Shown here in pieces: positions 33,320-41,960 of a stretch of DNA of 52,871 nucleotides; within the stretch, counting starts at the first letter, position 1; each line of letters begins with the position of its first letter. The position numbers and the translations under genes were made by a program. A model generated the notes under the pieces. That model was not told the DNA's origin, did not search any database, and saw only the letters and a program-made list of their open reading frames with translations. The stretch is from Thermoplasmata archaeon (GTDB lineage Archaea > Thermoplasmatota > Thermoplasmata > Lutacidiplasmatales > UBA184): positions 1 through 52,871 of the forward strand of contig JBOGRR010000002.1 in the NCBI GenBank assembly GCA_050749765.1. Direction: 5' to 3'.

Positions 33320-34183
33320 CTACACGGCGAAGATCGCGACCAAGACCCCCGCCAGGTAGAGCGCGCTGGAGAGGAAATGCCGCTCGAAGATCGGACGGGT
33401 CGCCGTCGGGTGTCGAGCCAGCTCCCAGTCTCCCCACGCCGCGACGACCGCCATCGCGACCAACGCGACGTAGTAGGGATAGGCGAGGTGAAGCGCCCCG
33501 CCAAATGCCGCGAGCAGTACGAGCGCCGTGGCGTGAAGGGCAACGACCAGCCGGAGGCTTACCGAGACGCCGAAGCGCACCGGGATCGAGCGGAGCCCCT
33601 CGGCCCGGTCGCTCTCGAGGTCTCCGAGGCTGTGGATCGTCTCGAACGCCGTTCCCCAACAGAGCATCCCTCCGACCGCGAGGAGGACGGCCGGCGGGAG
33701 CGTGCCCACGACGGCGATGTAGATCGCCGCCGGTGTGACGGCCTCGACGAGGCCAAGGACCGCCGTGGTCGCGCTCGTGTAGCGCTTCGTGTACGAATAC
33801 CCGAAGACCAGCGCGATCGCGACCGGAGCGAGCACGAAGGCGAGCGGGCTCAGCAGGTAGGCCGCGACGACGAGCACGCCCGCGTTAGCGAGGGCGAACG
33901 CGAGGGCGAATCTCGGCGAGATCCGACCCGTCACGAGCGCTCGGTTCGCGGTGCGCGGGTTGCGGGCGTCGAGGGTCCGGTCGGCCCAGCGGTTGAAGCT
34001 ATGTCCCGCGTTGCGCGCGGCGACGAACGCGATCACGATCCATACGAGCTTGTCCAGGGACGGGACTCCGCCCGAGGCGAGAACGAGGAAAGCGAGCGCG
34101 AACGGCAGGTTGAGTCCCAGGTTCTGGATCTCAAGGAACCGGCCGATCGCCGCGGCCCCGGCGCGCGACGTCGGTTCGCTCAC
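33320..34183 (-). CDS. UbiA-family aromatic prenyltransferase
   Basis: The NRWADRTLD motif (NxxxDxxxD) is present with a second Asp-rich region LGDLESDRAEG. There are about 8-9 TM helices. The GTG start overlaps the UbiD stop (GTGA). Confidence 0.88.
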   Translation of the reverse strand: MSEPTSRAGAAAIGRFLEIQNLGLNLPFALAFLVLASGGVPSLDKLVWIVIAFVAARNAGHSFNRWADRTLDARNPRTANRALVTGRISPRFALAFALANAGVLVVAAYLLSPLAFVLAPVAIALVFGYSYTKRYTSATTAVLGLVEAVTPAAIYIAVVGTLPPAVLLAVGGMLCWGTAFETIHSLGDLESDRAEGLRSIPVRFGVSVSLRLVVALHATALVLLAAFGGALHLAYPYYVALVAMAVVAAWGDWELARHPTATRPIFERHFLSSALYLAGVLVAIFAV

Positions 34184-35661
34184 GGCTGCGGAGCGCCGAA
34201 CCAGCGCGACAGCACGGGATCGGCGCTCAGGAGCCGATCGATCGCCGCCCGCGTGGCCGGGTCGGCCTGGACCTCCTCCGGCCAGGGCCGCGGGAATCCG
34301 TCCTCGGCTCGCTTGCGCGTCGCGTCGATGCCGATCTTCGCCCCGATGTTCGCGACCGGGTTGGAGATCGAGAGCTGATCGACCGGTCCGTGGCTGAGCT
34401 CGAGGTCCCGCTCGGGGTCCGCTTGGAGGCCGACCCGGTAGAGCACCTCGGAGAGATCGTGAACGTCGACGTCCTCGTCGACGACGACGAGGTAGCGGGT
34501 GAACATCATCTGCCCGAGCCCCCAGAGCGCGTGCATCACCTTGCGCGGTTGGCCCGGGTAGGACTTGTGGATCGAGACGATTCCGACGTTGATGAAGAGC
34601 CCCTCGATCGGGAGCTCCATATCGACGATCTCGGGGAGCACGAGCCGCACCACCGGCAGGAAGATCCGCTCCACCGCCTTGCCCAGGACCGCGTCCTCGG
34701 TCGGAGGCTTACCCGTGACCGTCCCGAGGTAGATCGGCCGTTCGCGATGCGTGACGTGGGTGACGTGGAGGACCGGGAAGGGCTCCGGAGCCGAGTAATA
34801 GCCCGTGTGGTCGCCGAACGGACCCTCGACCTTCTCCTCGGCCGGATCCACGTAACCCTCCAGCACGTACTCGGCCTCGGCCGGAACCTCCAGGTCGATC
34901 GTTCGGGCGCGCACCAACTCGAGCGGCTCGCGCCGCAACAGGCCGGCGAACACGAAGTTCGAGATCCCCTCCGGCACCGGTGCGAGGCCGGAGAAGAGGG
35001 CGACCGGATCGGCGCCGATCACGACCGCGACCGGCATCCGCTCGCCGCGGGCGGCCCATTTGCGCAGATTGCTGCGGCCGACCCGGTGGATCTGGGCGTG
35101 GAAGCCGAGAGAATCCGCGCCGTACTGCTGCAGGCGATAGATCCCGGTGTGCGCCTCCCCCGTTTCAGGGTCGGACGTGATCACGATCGGGAAGGTGATC
35201 GTGCGTCCTCCGTCGTGAGGCCAGCACTTGAGGATGGGTAGTCGGCCCAGATCGACCGTCGTCTCCTCGACCTCCTGGCACGGCCCGGAGCGGACGCGCT
35301 TGGGAGCGAGCGAGCGGAGCGTGGAGAGCGTCTCCATCGTCCCGCCGAGGTCGCGCACCGCGCCGAGCACCCCCGCCGGCGGACGCAGATGGGCGAGCCG
35401 CTCGACCCGGGCTGCCGTGGCGGCGAGATCGGGGTCGCCAAAGGCGAGCGCGATGCGTCGGGGCGAGCCGAGCACGTTCGTGACGACCGGGACCGACGCG
35501 TCGCGGACGTTCTCGAACCAGAGCGCCGGACCGTCGCGCCGGACGATGCGCTGGGTGATCTCCGTGATCTCGAGATCGCGGGAGATCGGGGTCCGGATGC
35601 GCAGCAGATCCCCTCGCGTTTCGAGGGTGGAAAGGAAGTCGCCGAGCGAGCGGAACGCCAT
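34180..35661 (-). CDS. UbiD-family (prFMN-dependent) decarboxylase
   Basis: Begins MAFRSLGDFLSTLETRGDLLRIRTPISRDLEITEI, with later HTGIYRLQ and GPFGDHTGYY. ATG 35661 was chosen over TTG 35709 because of the TATA box centred 27 nt upstream. Confidence 0.9.
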   Translation of the reverse strand: MAFRSLGDFLSTLETRGDLLRIRTPISRDLEITEITQRIVRRDGPALWFENVRDASVPVVTNVLGSPRRIALAFGDPDLAATAARVERLAHLRPPAGVLGAVRDLGGTMETLSTLRSLAPKRVRSGPCQEVEETTVDLGRLPILKCWPHDGGRTITFPIVITSDPETGEAHTGIYRLQQYGADSLGFHAQIHRVGRSNLRKWAARGERMPVAVVIGADPVALFSGLAPVPEGISNFVFAGLLRREPLELVRARTIDLEVPAEAEYVLEGYVDPAEEKVEGPFGDHTGYYSAPEPFPVLHVTHVTHRERPIYLGTVTGKPPTEDAVLGKAVERIFLPVVRLVLPEIVDMELPIEGLFINVGIVSIHKSYPGQPRKVMHALWGLGQMMFTRYLVVVDEDVDVHDLSEVLYRVGLQADPERDLELSHGPVDQLSISNPVANIGAKIGIDATRKRAEDGFPRPWPEEVQADPATRAAIDRLLSADPVLSRWFGAPQP

Positions 35662-35683
35662 CGCGCTCGGCGAGCCCTCCTCG

Positions 35684-35692
35684 CTATTTAAC
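35684..35692 (-). promoter_or_regulatory. TATA box (GTTAAATAG in minus sense) for the UbiD-UbiA operon
   Basis: This is the only AT-rich block in the 83-bp divergent gap. It is centred 27 nt upstream of ATG 35661. Confidence 0.5.
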
Positions 35693-35744
35693 GCGCGGAG
35701 CGCGGACAAATAGGTTCATATCGAAACCTCCCTCCTCGTTCGCG

Positions 35745-36479
35745 ATGCAGACCGTCACCCTCGAGTTCGCGACCGAGCACCTCGTCGCGCTTGGCCTGCT
35801 GCCGGCGCGCTTCTTTGAGCGGTATGAGGAGGTCGAGCTCCTCGAGACGCTTCGGCTGGAGCGCGGCTGGCGTCTGCAGCTCGTGCGCGTCCGGCGCCGA
35901 GGACCGCTGAAGACCGCCGCGGAGCTCGCGCGCGAGTCCCGACGCATCCGAAGGGCCTACGGGCTGTCCAGTTTCGAGTTGCTCGAGCGCCGCCCTCGCA
36001 CCCGCGACTATATCCTGCTGATCCGGCAGCGCAACCCCGAGCACCTTCAGGGATGGATCGGCCTCGCGGGAGGACGGATCGCGCCGACCGCACCGTTCCG
36101 CCTGACCCCGACCAAGGTCATCGCCTCGTTCCACGGGGAGGAGGCGACCCTGCGCCGGGTCCTCCGCCGCCTCGAGCGCGAAGGGTTCCCGTTTCACGTC
36201 CGACGCGCGTCGCGGCGGCCGTACCCCGAAGAGAGCCGCTCGCCCGAGCCGACGCCGCTCCAATCGGATCTCGTCGCCCGTGCGTGGGTGCTCGGCTACT
36301 ACGCGGTTCCTCGACGGATCACGCTGACCCGGCTCGCGCGCCTCACGGGGCGCAGCGCCCCGGCGCTCGGGAAGATCCTGCGGCGAGCGGAGGGACGTCT
36401 CGTCGCGCGCTACCTTGCCGAGGAGGTTTCCGCGACCTCGGAGAAGACCCCGAACTCCCCCCCCGACGCCGCGGCATAA
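35745..36479 (+). CDS. HTH_10 (bacterio-opsin-activator-type) DNA-binding protein
   Basis: The C-terminal HTH reads TPLQSDLVARAWVLGYYAVPRRITLTRLARLTGRSAPALGKILRRAEGRLV. It is divergent from the UbiD operon. Confidence 0.7.
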   Translation: MQTVTLEFATEHLVALGLLPARFFERYEEVELLETLRLERGWRLQLVRVRRRGPLKTAAELARESRRIRRAYGLSSFELLERRPRTRDYILLIRQRNPEHLQGWIGLAGGRIAPTAPFRLTPTKVIASFHGEEATLRRVLRRLEREGFPFHVRRASRRPYPEESRSPEPTPLQSDLVARAWVLGYYAVPRRITLTRLARLTGRSAPALGKILRRAEGRLVARYLAEEVSATSEKTPNSPPDAAA

Positions 36480-36504
36480 AGAGCCGCTGCGTCTCGACCC
36501 CGCG

Positions 36505-36942
36505 ATGGCGCGCACCCCCCGGTCGATCCGGCTCGAACGGCTGCATCCCGACGCTCAGGTCCCGCGACGCGCCACGCCGGGTTCAGCGGGGTTCGACCTC
36601 GCGAGCGTAGAGTCGGTCGTGCTCCGGGCCGGCCAGGTCATGCTCGTGCGCACGGGGTGGCGCATGCGCGCGCCGCCCGGGTGCTTTCTCGAGGTCCGGC
36701 CGCGCAGCGGTCTGAGCTCGAAGGGCGTCCTGATGGTGAACGCGCCCGGGACGATCGATCGGGACTACGCGGGCGAGGTCTTCGTCCCTCTGACCTACCT
36801 CTTCCGCGGGACGTACCGCATCGCGGCGGGAGACCGGATCGGCCAGATGCGGGTCGTCATCGATCGCGCGGCGCGCTTTCGGCTCGGCCGCGTCCGCCCG
36901 GTCGGGTCCCGCCGAGGCGGGTTCGGCAGCACCGGCCGCTAA
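36505..36942 (+). CDS. dut: dUTP diphosphatase
   Basis: Motifs: GSAGFDL, RSGL, GTIDRDYAGEV and the C-terminal RGGFGSTG. ATG 36505 lies within the longer track ORF. Confidence 0.87.
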   Translation: MARTPRSIRLERLHPDAQVPRRATPGSAGFDLASVESVVLRAGQVMLVRTGWRMRAPPGCFLEVRPRSGLSSKGVLMVNAPGTIDRDYAGEVFVPLTYLFRGTYRIAAGDRIGQMRVVIDRAARFRLGRVRPVGSRRGGFGSTGR

Positions 36943-38546
36943 CCCTCGAACTCGTCGAGCATCGTCTGGACGGAGGGACCGGTCGGTGGAGGCCGGATCG
37001 CGCCAGCGCGCGCATCGTCCTCGACCTCTTCGAGCATCGTGTGCATCCGACGCTCGCGCGCGAAGGCGGCCCGGTGGAGCCCTTCGTCCCGGGTCCCTTG
37101 GGCGACGAGCACGACGGCGCGGCCCGCGCGCGCGCGACCGGTCCGCCCGCGACGCTGGATCGTACGGATCACGTCCGGGATCGGCTCGTAGAAGACGACG
37201 AGGTCGGTCGACGGGATGTCGAGCCCCTCCTCGGCGACCGACGTCGCGACGAGGCAGTTCACGACGCCACTTCGGAAGCGATCGAGCAGGCCGACCTGCT
37301 CCTTCTGCGAAAGGCCGACGTCGCCCCCGTGCGTCGCTTGTCCCACGAACCGAGCGGGACGCACGGGGGTCATCGGATCCTTCGAGAGCTCCTGGACGAG
37401 GCGGTCGACCGTGTCGCGATACTGCGAGAAAACGATCACGCGGGCCGCGGGGTGGGCCTCGACCTCGGCGCGCACGATCCGCGCCGCCGTCGCGAGCTTC
37501 GGGTGCTCGGCGACCCCCGCCGTCAGGCGCCGACGCAGCTCCTCGAGGTCCGGATCGGCGAGGAACGCGCGCTGCGCTGGAGTGATCCGACCCCGCTCGG
37601 GCGCCGCCTGGCGGGCGAGGAAAGCGCGCAGGGCCTCGACCCCCTGGCTCTCGGCAAGTTCGAGGGCGTGCAGGGCCTTCATCGCGATCGCCTGCGCGGT
37701 GACGGCGGCCCAGACCGAGGCCGGGGCCGCCTCACCGCGGGCCCGATAGGCCGCGAGCTCGCGGTGCAAGCGACCGCCGACCTCCAAGAGCGAGCGGCGC
37801 GAGCTGTCGCCCGGCGCGAGGAGGCCCGCCCGGGCGAGCCGGTCGATCGGTCGTGCGGCCACGCTCTTGAGCAGCACCGCGAGGTGCTGGACCTCCGCGG
37901 GGACCGCGACCTCCACCGTCTCCACCCCGATCGAGTGGATGTACGGCACGACATCGGGCGAGAGCTCGGTGCGGTACTCGAAGTGATCGAGGTGAAGGTT
38001 GAACCAGACCTCCTCGATCCGTCCTTTGCGCGAACCGGGGGAGGCGGTCATGGCGAGGGTGCGCGCGCCTCGTCCGTCGGCGTTCGCCCGGCCGATGGCG
38101 ACGTAGGGGTAGTCACCGACCGCGCGGTGCGCCTCATCGAAGACGATGAGCCGGAATGGGTCGAGCGAGATCTCCCCCCGGACGAGGTCGTTCGCGATCA
38201 CCTGGGGCGTCGCGACGACGATCTGGGGCGGGCGCACGAGTTCCGAGCGGCGCTCGGGGGTGATCGCACCCGTCAGCACCAGGGGCTCCGGACCAATGAG
38301 CGCGTCGGCGATCGATCGAGCGTGCTGGACGACGAGGGGGCGCGTCGGCGCGAGGAAGAGGATCGAGTCGGCCGGATAGCGCTCGAGGGTCTCGGCCGAG
38401 ACGCGCAGCGCGATCGCCGTCTTTCCGAGGCCCGTCGGGAGGACGACCAGGGTGTTCCGACGGAAGGCGACCTCGGCGATGTCGGCCTGGTACCGACGGT
38501 CCTCGAGCTTCCCGGGCCGGACCCTCGGGTGCTCGACGGTCGGCAT
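36939..38546 (-). CDS. Hef/FANCM/Mph1-type SF2 helicase (helicase module only; no ERCC4 nuclease domain)
   Basis: Motifs: RRYQADIAEVAFRRNTLVVLPTGLGKT, VFDEAHRAVGDY, LAMTASPG, VATSVAEEGLDIP and IQRRGRTGR. ATG 38546; the 535-aa product ends right after the helicase core. Confidence 0.85.
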   Translation of the reverse strand: MPTVEHPRVRPGKLEDRRYQADIAEVAFRRNTLVVLPTGLGKTAIALRVSAETLERYPADSILFLAPTRPLVVQHARSIADALIGPEPLVLTGAITPERRSELVRPPQIVVATPQVIANDLVRGEISLDPFRLIVFDEAHRAVGDYPYVAIGRANADGRGARTLAMTASPGSRKGRIEEVWFNLHLDHFEYRTELSPDVVPYIHSIGVETVEVAVPAEVQHLAVLLKSVAARPIDRLARAGLLAPGDSSRRSLLEVGGRLHRELAAYRARGEAAPASVWAAVTAQAIAMKALHALELAESQGVEALRAFLARQAAPERGRITPAQRAFLADPDLEELRRRLTAGVAEHPKLATAARIVRAEVEAHPAARVIVFSQYRDTVDRLVQELSKDPMTPVRPARFVGQATHGGDVGLSQKEQVGLLDRFRSGVVNCLVATSVAEEGLDIPSTDLVVFYEPIPDVIRTIQRRGRTGRARAGRAVVLVAQGTRDEGLHRAAFARERRMHTMLEEVEDDARAGAIRPPPTGPSVQTMLDEFEG

Positions 38547-38577
38547 CGCTCGGGACCGACGGCCCACCGGGCGGGGC

Positions 38578-38584
38578 TTTATTA
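38578..38584. promoter_or_regulatory. near-symmetric TATA-like element TTTATTA in a 59-bp divergent gap
   Basis: Centred 25 nt upstream of ATG 38606 (+ strand) and 35 nt upstream of ATG 38546 (- strand). Confidence 0.4.
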
Positions 38585-38605
38585 CGCTCGGTCTCGGCGA
38601 GGGGG

Positions 38606-39763
38606 ATGCTGCCGATCGCGCTGGTCGTCGTACTCCTGCTGCTCGCGGTGATCACCCTGCTCTACCAGGGGGTCGCGATCTGGTTCGCTTACGAGATGCC
38701 GCGCGTCGATCCGGCGCCCGGGGCGTCGACCCGCGCGCCCCGGGTGAGCGTCGTGATCGCGGCCCGCAACGAGGGGGACGAACTCGCCGCGACGCTCGAC
38801 TCGCTCCTCGCACAGGACGAGCCGCTCGCCGAGATCGTCGTCGTCGACGGGGCCTCGACGGACGCGACCGCCGCGATCGCCCGCGCGCGAGCACCGCGCG
38901 TTCGGCTCCTCGAGGAGCCCTCGCTTCCCCCGGAGTGGGTGGGCAAGAGCTGGGCGTGCGCGACCGGGGCCGCCGCAACGCGCGCGGAGTGGATCCTCTT
39001 CCTCGACGCCGATGTCCACCTTCACCCCGCGGCCGTGCGGAGCGTCCTCGACTGGGCGACCCGGGAGTCGGCCGATCTCGCGTCGATCGGCACACGCATC
39101 GAAATGGGAACTTCCTGGGAACGGATCGTGATGCCGTTCTACGTGCAGATGGTCCTCACCCACTTCCGCTCGCCTCACGTCAACCGAGACCGCTCCACCG
39201 CCGCGGTCGCGAACGGTCAGTTCCTCCTCGCCCGTCGCTCCGTCTACGCGTCGTTGGGCGGGCACGCGGCGATCCGCTCCCACCTCCTAGAGGATGTCGC
39301 GCTCGCGGAGCGATTCCGCGGGGCGGGACGATGCTTGCGCTTCGCCTGGGCCCCCGATCTCGCCGCGACGCGGATGTACCGGTCCCGGGTCGACATGGCC
39401 GAGGGGCTTCTGAAAACGGTGCACGGGACGGAGTATTCGACCTCCCGCCAGCTCGGTCGGATCGCGGGAGTCGTCGGGCTCTTCCTCCTGCCCCTCGGTC
39501 TCCTTCCGCTCGGTCTCGCGCTGGGAGATCTCGCGCTGATCATCATGGGCGCCGTCCTCTACGTCGCGCTCTTCGGAAAGCACCTCGCGTTCGCCCGGGC
39601 CCTCGGCTCCACCGCGCGCGCGGGGCTCGCCTACCCGGTCGCGGCGGCGTTCTACGTCCTACTGCTTGCCCGCTCGATCCAGCACGGTGGGCGGAAGGGG
39701 ACCGTGCGCTGGAAGGGGCGCGAGTACGGGGTGCGGCCGCCCCCCCCTGCGCCGAAGACATAA
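38606..39763 (+). CDS. family 2 glycosyltransferase (membrane-anchored)
   Basis: Motifs: VSVVIAARNE, IVVVDGASTDAT, FLDADV and a later QFLLARR. TM helices are present at the N- and C-termini. Confidence 0.85.
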   Translation: MLPIALVVVLLLLAVITLLYQGVAIWFAYEMPRVDPAPGASTRAPRVSVVIAARNEGDELAATLDSLLAQDEPLAEIVVVDGASTDATAAIARARAPRVRLLEEPSLPPEWVGKSWACATGAAATRAEWILFLDADVHLHPAAVRSVLDWATRESADLASIGTRIEMGTSWERIVMPFYVQMVLTHFRSPHVNRDRSTAAVANGQFLLARRSVYASLGGHAAIRSHLLEDVALAERFRGAGRCLRFAWAPDLAATRMYRSRVDMAEGLLKTVHGTEYSTSRQLGRIAGVVGLFLLPLGLLPLGLALGDLALIIMGAVLYVALFGKHLAFARALGSTARAGLAYPVAAAFYVLLLARSIQHGGRKGTVRWKGREYGVRPPPPAPKT

Positions 39764-39792
39764 TTCCCTCTGAAGGCTCGGAGCGGGTCGCC

Positions 39793-41271
39793 ATGAGCGC
39801 TCCCGAGCCCGCTAGGTTCGACCTGTTCATCGACGGTGCCGAGGTCGAGGGGGCCCACACCGAGCGCTCCCTGCTCACGAACCCCGCGACGGGCGCGGCG
39901 GTCGCCTCGGTCGCAATCGGGGCGGTCGACGACGCGCGGCACGCGATGGAAGCCGCCGAACGGGCCTTCGCCGGCTCGGGCTGGGCGGGAGAGGACGGTG
40001 GCCAACGCGCTCGCACACTCCACCGGATCGCCGAGCGGCTCGAGGCGGAGGTCGAGGCGTTCGCGCGGCTCGAGACCCTCAACATGGGCAAAACGCTGCG
40101 CGAGGCGCGCGGGGACGTGCTCTACGTCGTCCGGACGCTCGAGTACGTGAGCGGCCTCGCCGACAAGATCGAGGGTTCGACGATCCCGGTTCCCGGCCCG
40201 CGCCTCGACTACACCCTGCGCGAGCCGCTCGGCGTGACCGTTCATATCGCGCCGTGGAACTACCCACTGCTGCTCGCGGTCCGCTCGGTCGCTCCCGCGC
40301 TCGCTGCGGGCAACTCGGTCGTGCTCAAGCCGGCGAGCCTCACCCCGTTGACCGCGCTCTCGTTCGCCCGGCTCGCCATCGCGGCCGGCCTACCGAAGGG
40401 GATCCTCAACGTGGTCGTAGGTCCCGGCCGAGAGGTGGGCGAAGCGCTCGTCACCGACCGACGGTGCCGCCACGTCTCCTTCACGGGGAGTGCCGAGGTC
40501 GGAATGCGGATCGGCGAGCTCGCGGGCCGGCGGAGCCTCCCGCACACGCTCGAGCTCGGGGGCAAGAGCCCCGTCCTCGTCCTCGCGGACGCCGATATCG
40601 ACCGAGCGGCGAAAGGGATCGGCTTCGGGATCTTCGGGAACGCGGGCCAGATGTGCTGGGCGGCGAGCCGCCTCGTCGTCCACGAGAGCGTGCGCGCGCC
40701 GCTCCTCGAGCGCCTCTCCAAGATCGCGAACGCGATGAAGCTCGGTCCGGGGACGGAAGAAGGGGTCGAGATGGGACCGCTCGTTTCCGCGGACCAGGCG
40801 GTCCGCGTCCTCGACTACATCGCGAGCGCGACCGGCGACGGAGGCACGATCGTCGCCGGGGGCGTCCGTCCGGCCGACCCCGAGTTGGCGCACGGTCACT
40901 TCGTCCGGCCCACGGTCCTCGACCGGGTCCCCGAGAGTTCTCGCGCCGTTCGAGAGGAGATCTTCGGCCCGGTGCTCTCGGTCTTCGGGTTCGAGGAGAT
41001 CGACGACGCGGTTCGGATCGCGAACGACACGACGTTCGGGCTCTTCGCCGCGCTCTGGACCCGCGATCTCGGCAATGCGCATACGGTCGCCCGCCGCCTC
41101 GCGGCGGGGATGGTGAGCGTGAACGAGCCGCCGAACACCTACCCGCAGACCCCCTTCGGGGGGGTCAAGGAGAGCGGGGTCGGCTCCGAGCAGGGCCGTC
41201 ATAGCGTCGAACTCTACACCCGGACCAAGAACGTGCTGATCAACCTCGGCGCACCGAGGAAAAAGGCCTAA
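39793..41271 (+). CDS. NAD(P)+-dependent aldehyde dehydrogenase
   Basis: Motifs: IAPWNYPLL, FTGSAEVG, LELGGKSP, catalytic GQMCWAASR and EEIFGPV. ATG 39793; the upstream 1.3 kb of the track ORF is shadow frame. Confidence 0.92.
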   Translation: MSAPEPARFDLFIDGAEVEGAHTERSLLTNPATGAAVASVAIGAVDDARHAMEAAERAFAGSGWAGEDGGQRARTLHRIAERLEAEVEAFARLETLNMGKTLREARGDVLYVVRTLEYVSGLADKIEGSTIPVPGPRLDYTLREPLGVTVHIAPWNYPLLLAVRSVAPALAAGNSVVLKPASLTPLTALSFARLAIAAGLPKGILNVVVGPGREVGEALVTDRRCRHVSFTGSAEVGMRIGELAGRRSLPHTLELGGKSPVLVLADADIDRAAKGIGFGIFGNAGQMCWAASRLVVHESVRAPLLERLSKIANAMKLGPGTEEGVEMGPLVSADQAVRVLDYIASATGDGGTIVAGGVRPADPELAHGHFVRPTVLDRVPESSRAVREEIFGPVLSVFGFEEIDDAVRIANDTTFGLFAALWTRDLGNAHTVARRLAAGMVSVNEPPNTYPQTPFGGVKESGVGSEQGRHSVELYTRTKNVLINLGAPRKKA

Positions 41272-41297
41272 GGTTCGTACGGAACCCCCAAAGAACC

Positions 41298-41320
41298 ACC
41301 CCCCGTCGACCGTGGGGGGT
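41298..41320 (+). other. G/C hairpin (accccccg-tcgac-cgtggggggt region) in the aldH/next-gene gap
   Basis: C6/G6 arms flank gtcgaccgt. It is preceded by a second small hairpin, ggttc-gtacg-gaacc, at 41272-41286. The function is unknown. Confidence 0.3.
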
Positions 41321-41324
41321 CCGC

Positions 41325-41939
41325 GTGACGGAACCGATCGCCGAAGGGACGTGGGGCGAGTGCCTGTACTGCGGCGACGCGGTCCCCCCCGGCTCGAAGG
41401 TCTGCCCGATCTGCGGCGCGGAGAACCCGATCCGCGCGAGCCAGATCCCGATCGCCCCGAAGAAGATCCGCCGCCGCCTCAAGGGGCTGGGCGCGCTCCG
41501 CACCGCGATGGTCGTCGGGGCGATCCTCCTGCTGGCCTACGCGGTCATTTCGCCGGTCTTTTCGGGCCCGCCGGTCATCGCCGATCCATTGACGGCGAGC
41601 GGGACCTACTTCATCTCGACCGGGAACAGCACGGTGCTCGCGGGCGAAGTGACGGGCGCGGACTACATCCTCGGGAACTGGACCGTCCTCGCCCCGTTCG
41701 GGACGTCCGTGGGGCTCACCGTCTACAATAGCACGGAGTACAACGACTCGCTCCATGGGATCCCCACGGGCAACCAGCTCTCCTATGCTCCCGCGAACGA
41801 GCAGAACATCGTCTTCACGGCCGAGGTCACCGACACCTACTACTTCGTCTTCGCGAACCCGTACCCGCTCAGCAGCGGGCTCAACCTGACGGTCTTCATC
41901 TCGACCGCGTACACGCCGAGCGTGAACTCCGTCACCTGA
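41325..41939 (+). CDS. membrane-anchored protein: N-terminal zinc ribbon, one TM, Asn/Thr-rich ectodomain
   Basis: GTG start. Zinc ribbon CLYCG...CPICG, TM segment LRTAMVVGAILLLAYAVI, and an ectodomain with sequons NST, NWT, NST, NDS and NLT. There is no homology call. Confidence 0.6.
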   Translation: MTEPIAEGTWGECLYCGDAVPPGSKVCPICGAENPIRASQIPIAPKKIRRRLKGLGALRTAMVVGAILLLAYAVISPVFSGPPVIADPLTASGTYFISTGNSTVLAGEVTGADYILGNWTVLAPFGTSVGLTVYNSTEYNDSLHGIPTGNQLSYAPANEQNIVFTAEVTDTYYFVFANPYPLSSGLNLTVFISTAYTPSVNSVT

Positions 41940-41960
41940 GCTCGAGGGGACGCGGGGCGA

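Noticed and set aside
31402-33738. 778-aa plus-strand ORF antisense to arcS and ubiA
   Set aside because: It is a shadow frame with no motifs. It overlaps two homology-supported minus-strand genes. The same applies to 36657-38651 (antisense to hef), 43901-45364, 45379-46713, 51028-52557 and 28855-29973.
38452-39792. N-terminal 447 codons of the 939-aa ORF ending in aldehyde dehydrogenase
   Set aside because: This part is an Arg/Pro-rich shadow frame overlapping the well-supported GT2 gene (38606-39763). ALDH homology starts exactly at ATG 39793. Analogous 5' extensions were rejected for asnS (44524-45381), ppx (25616-25702), trmB (50590-51237), rpoL (42922-43749) and recJ/gyrA.
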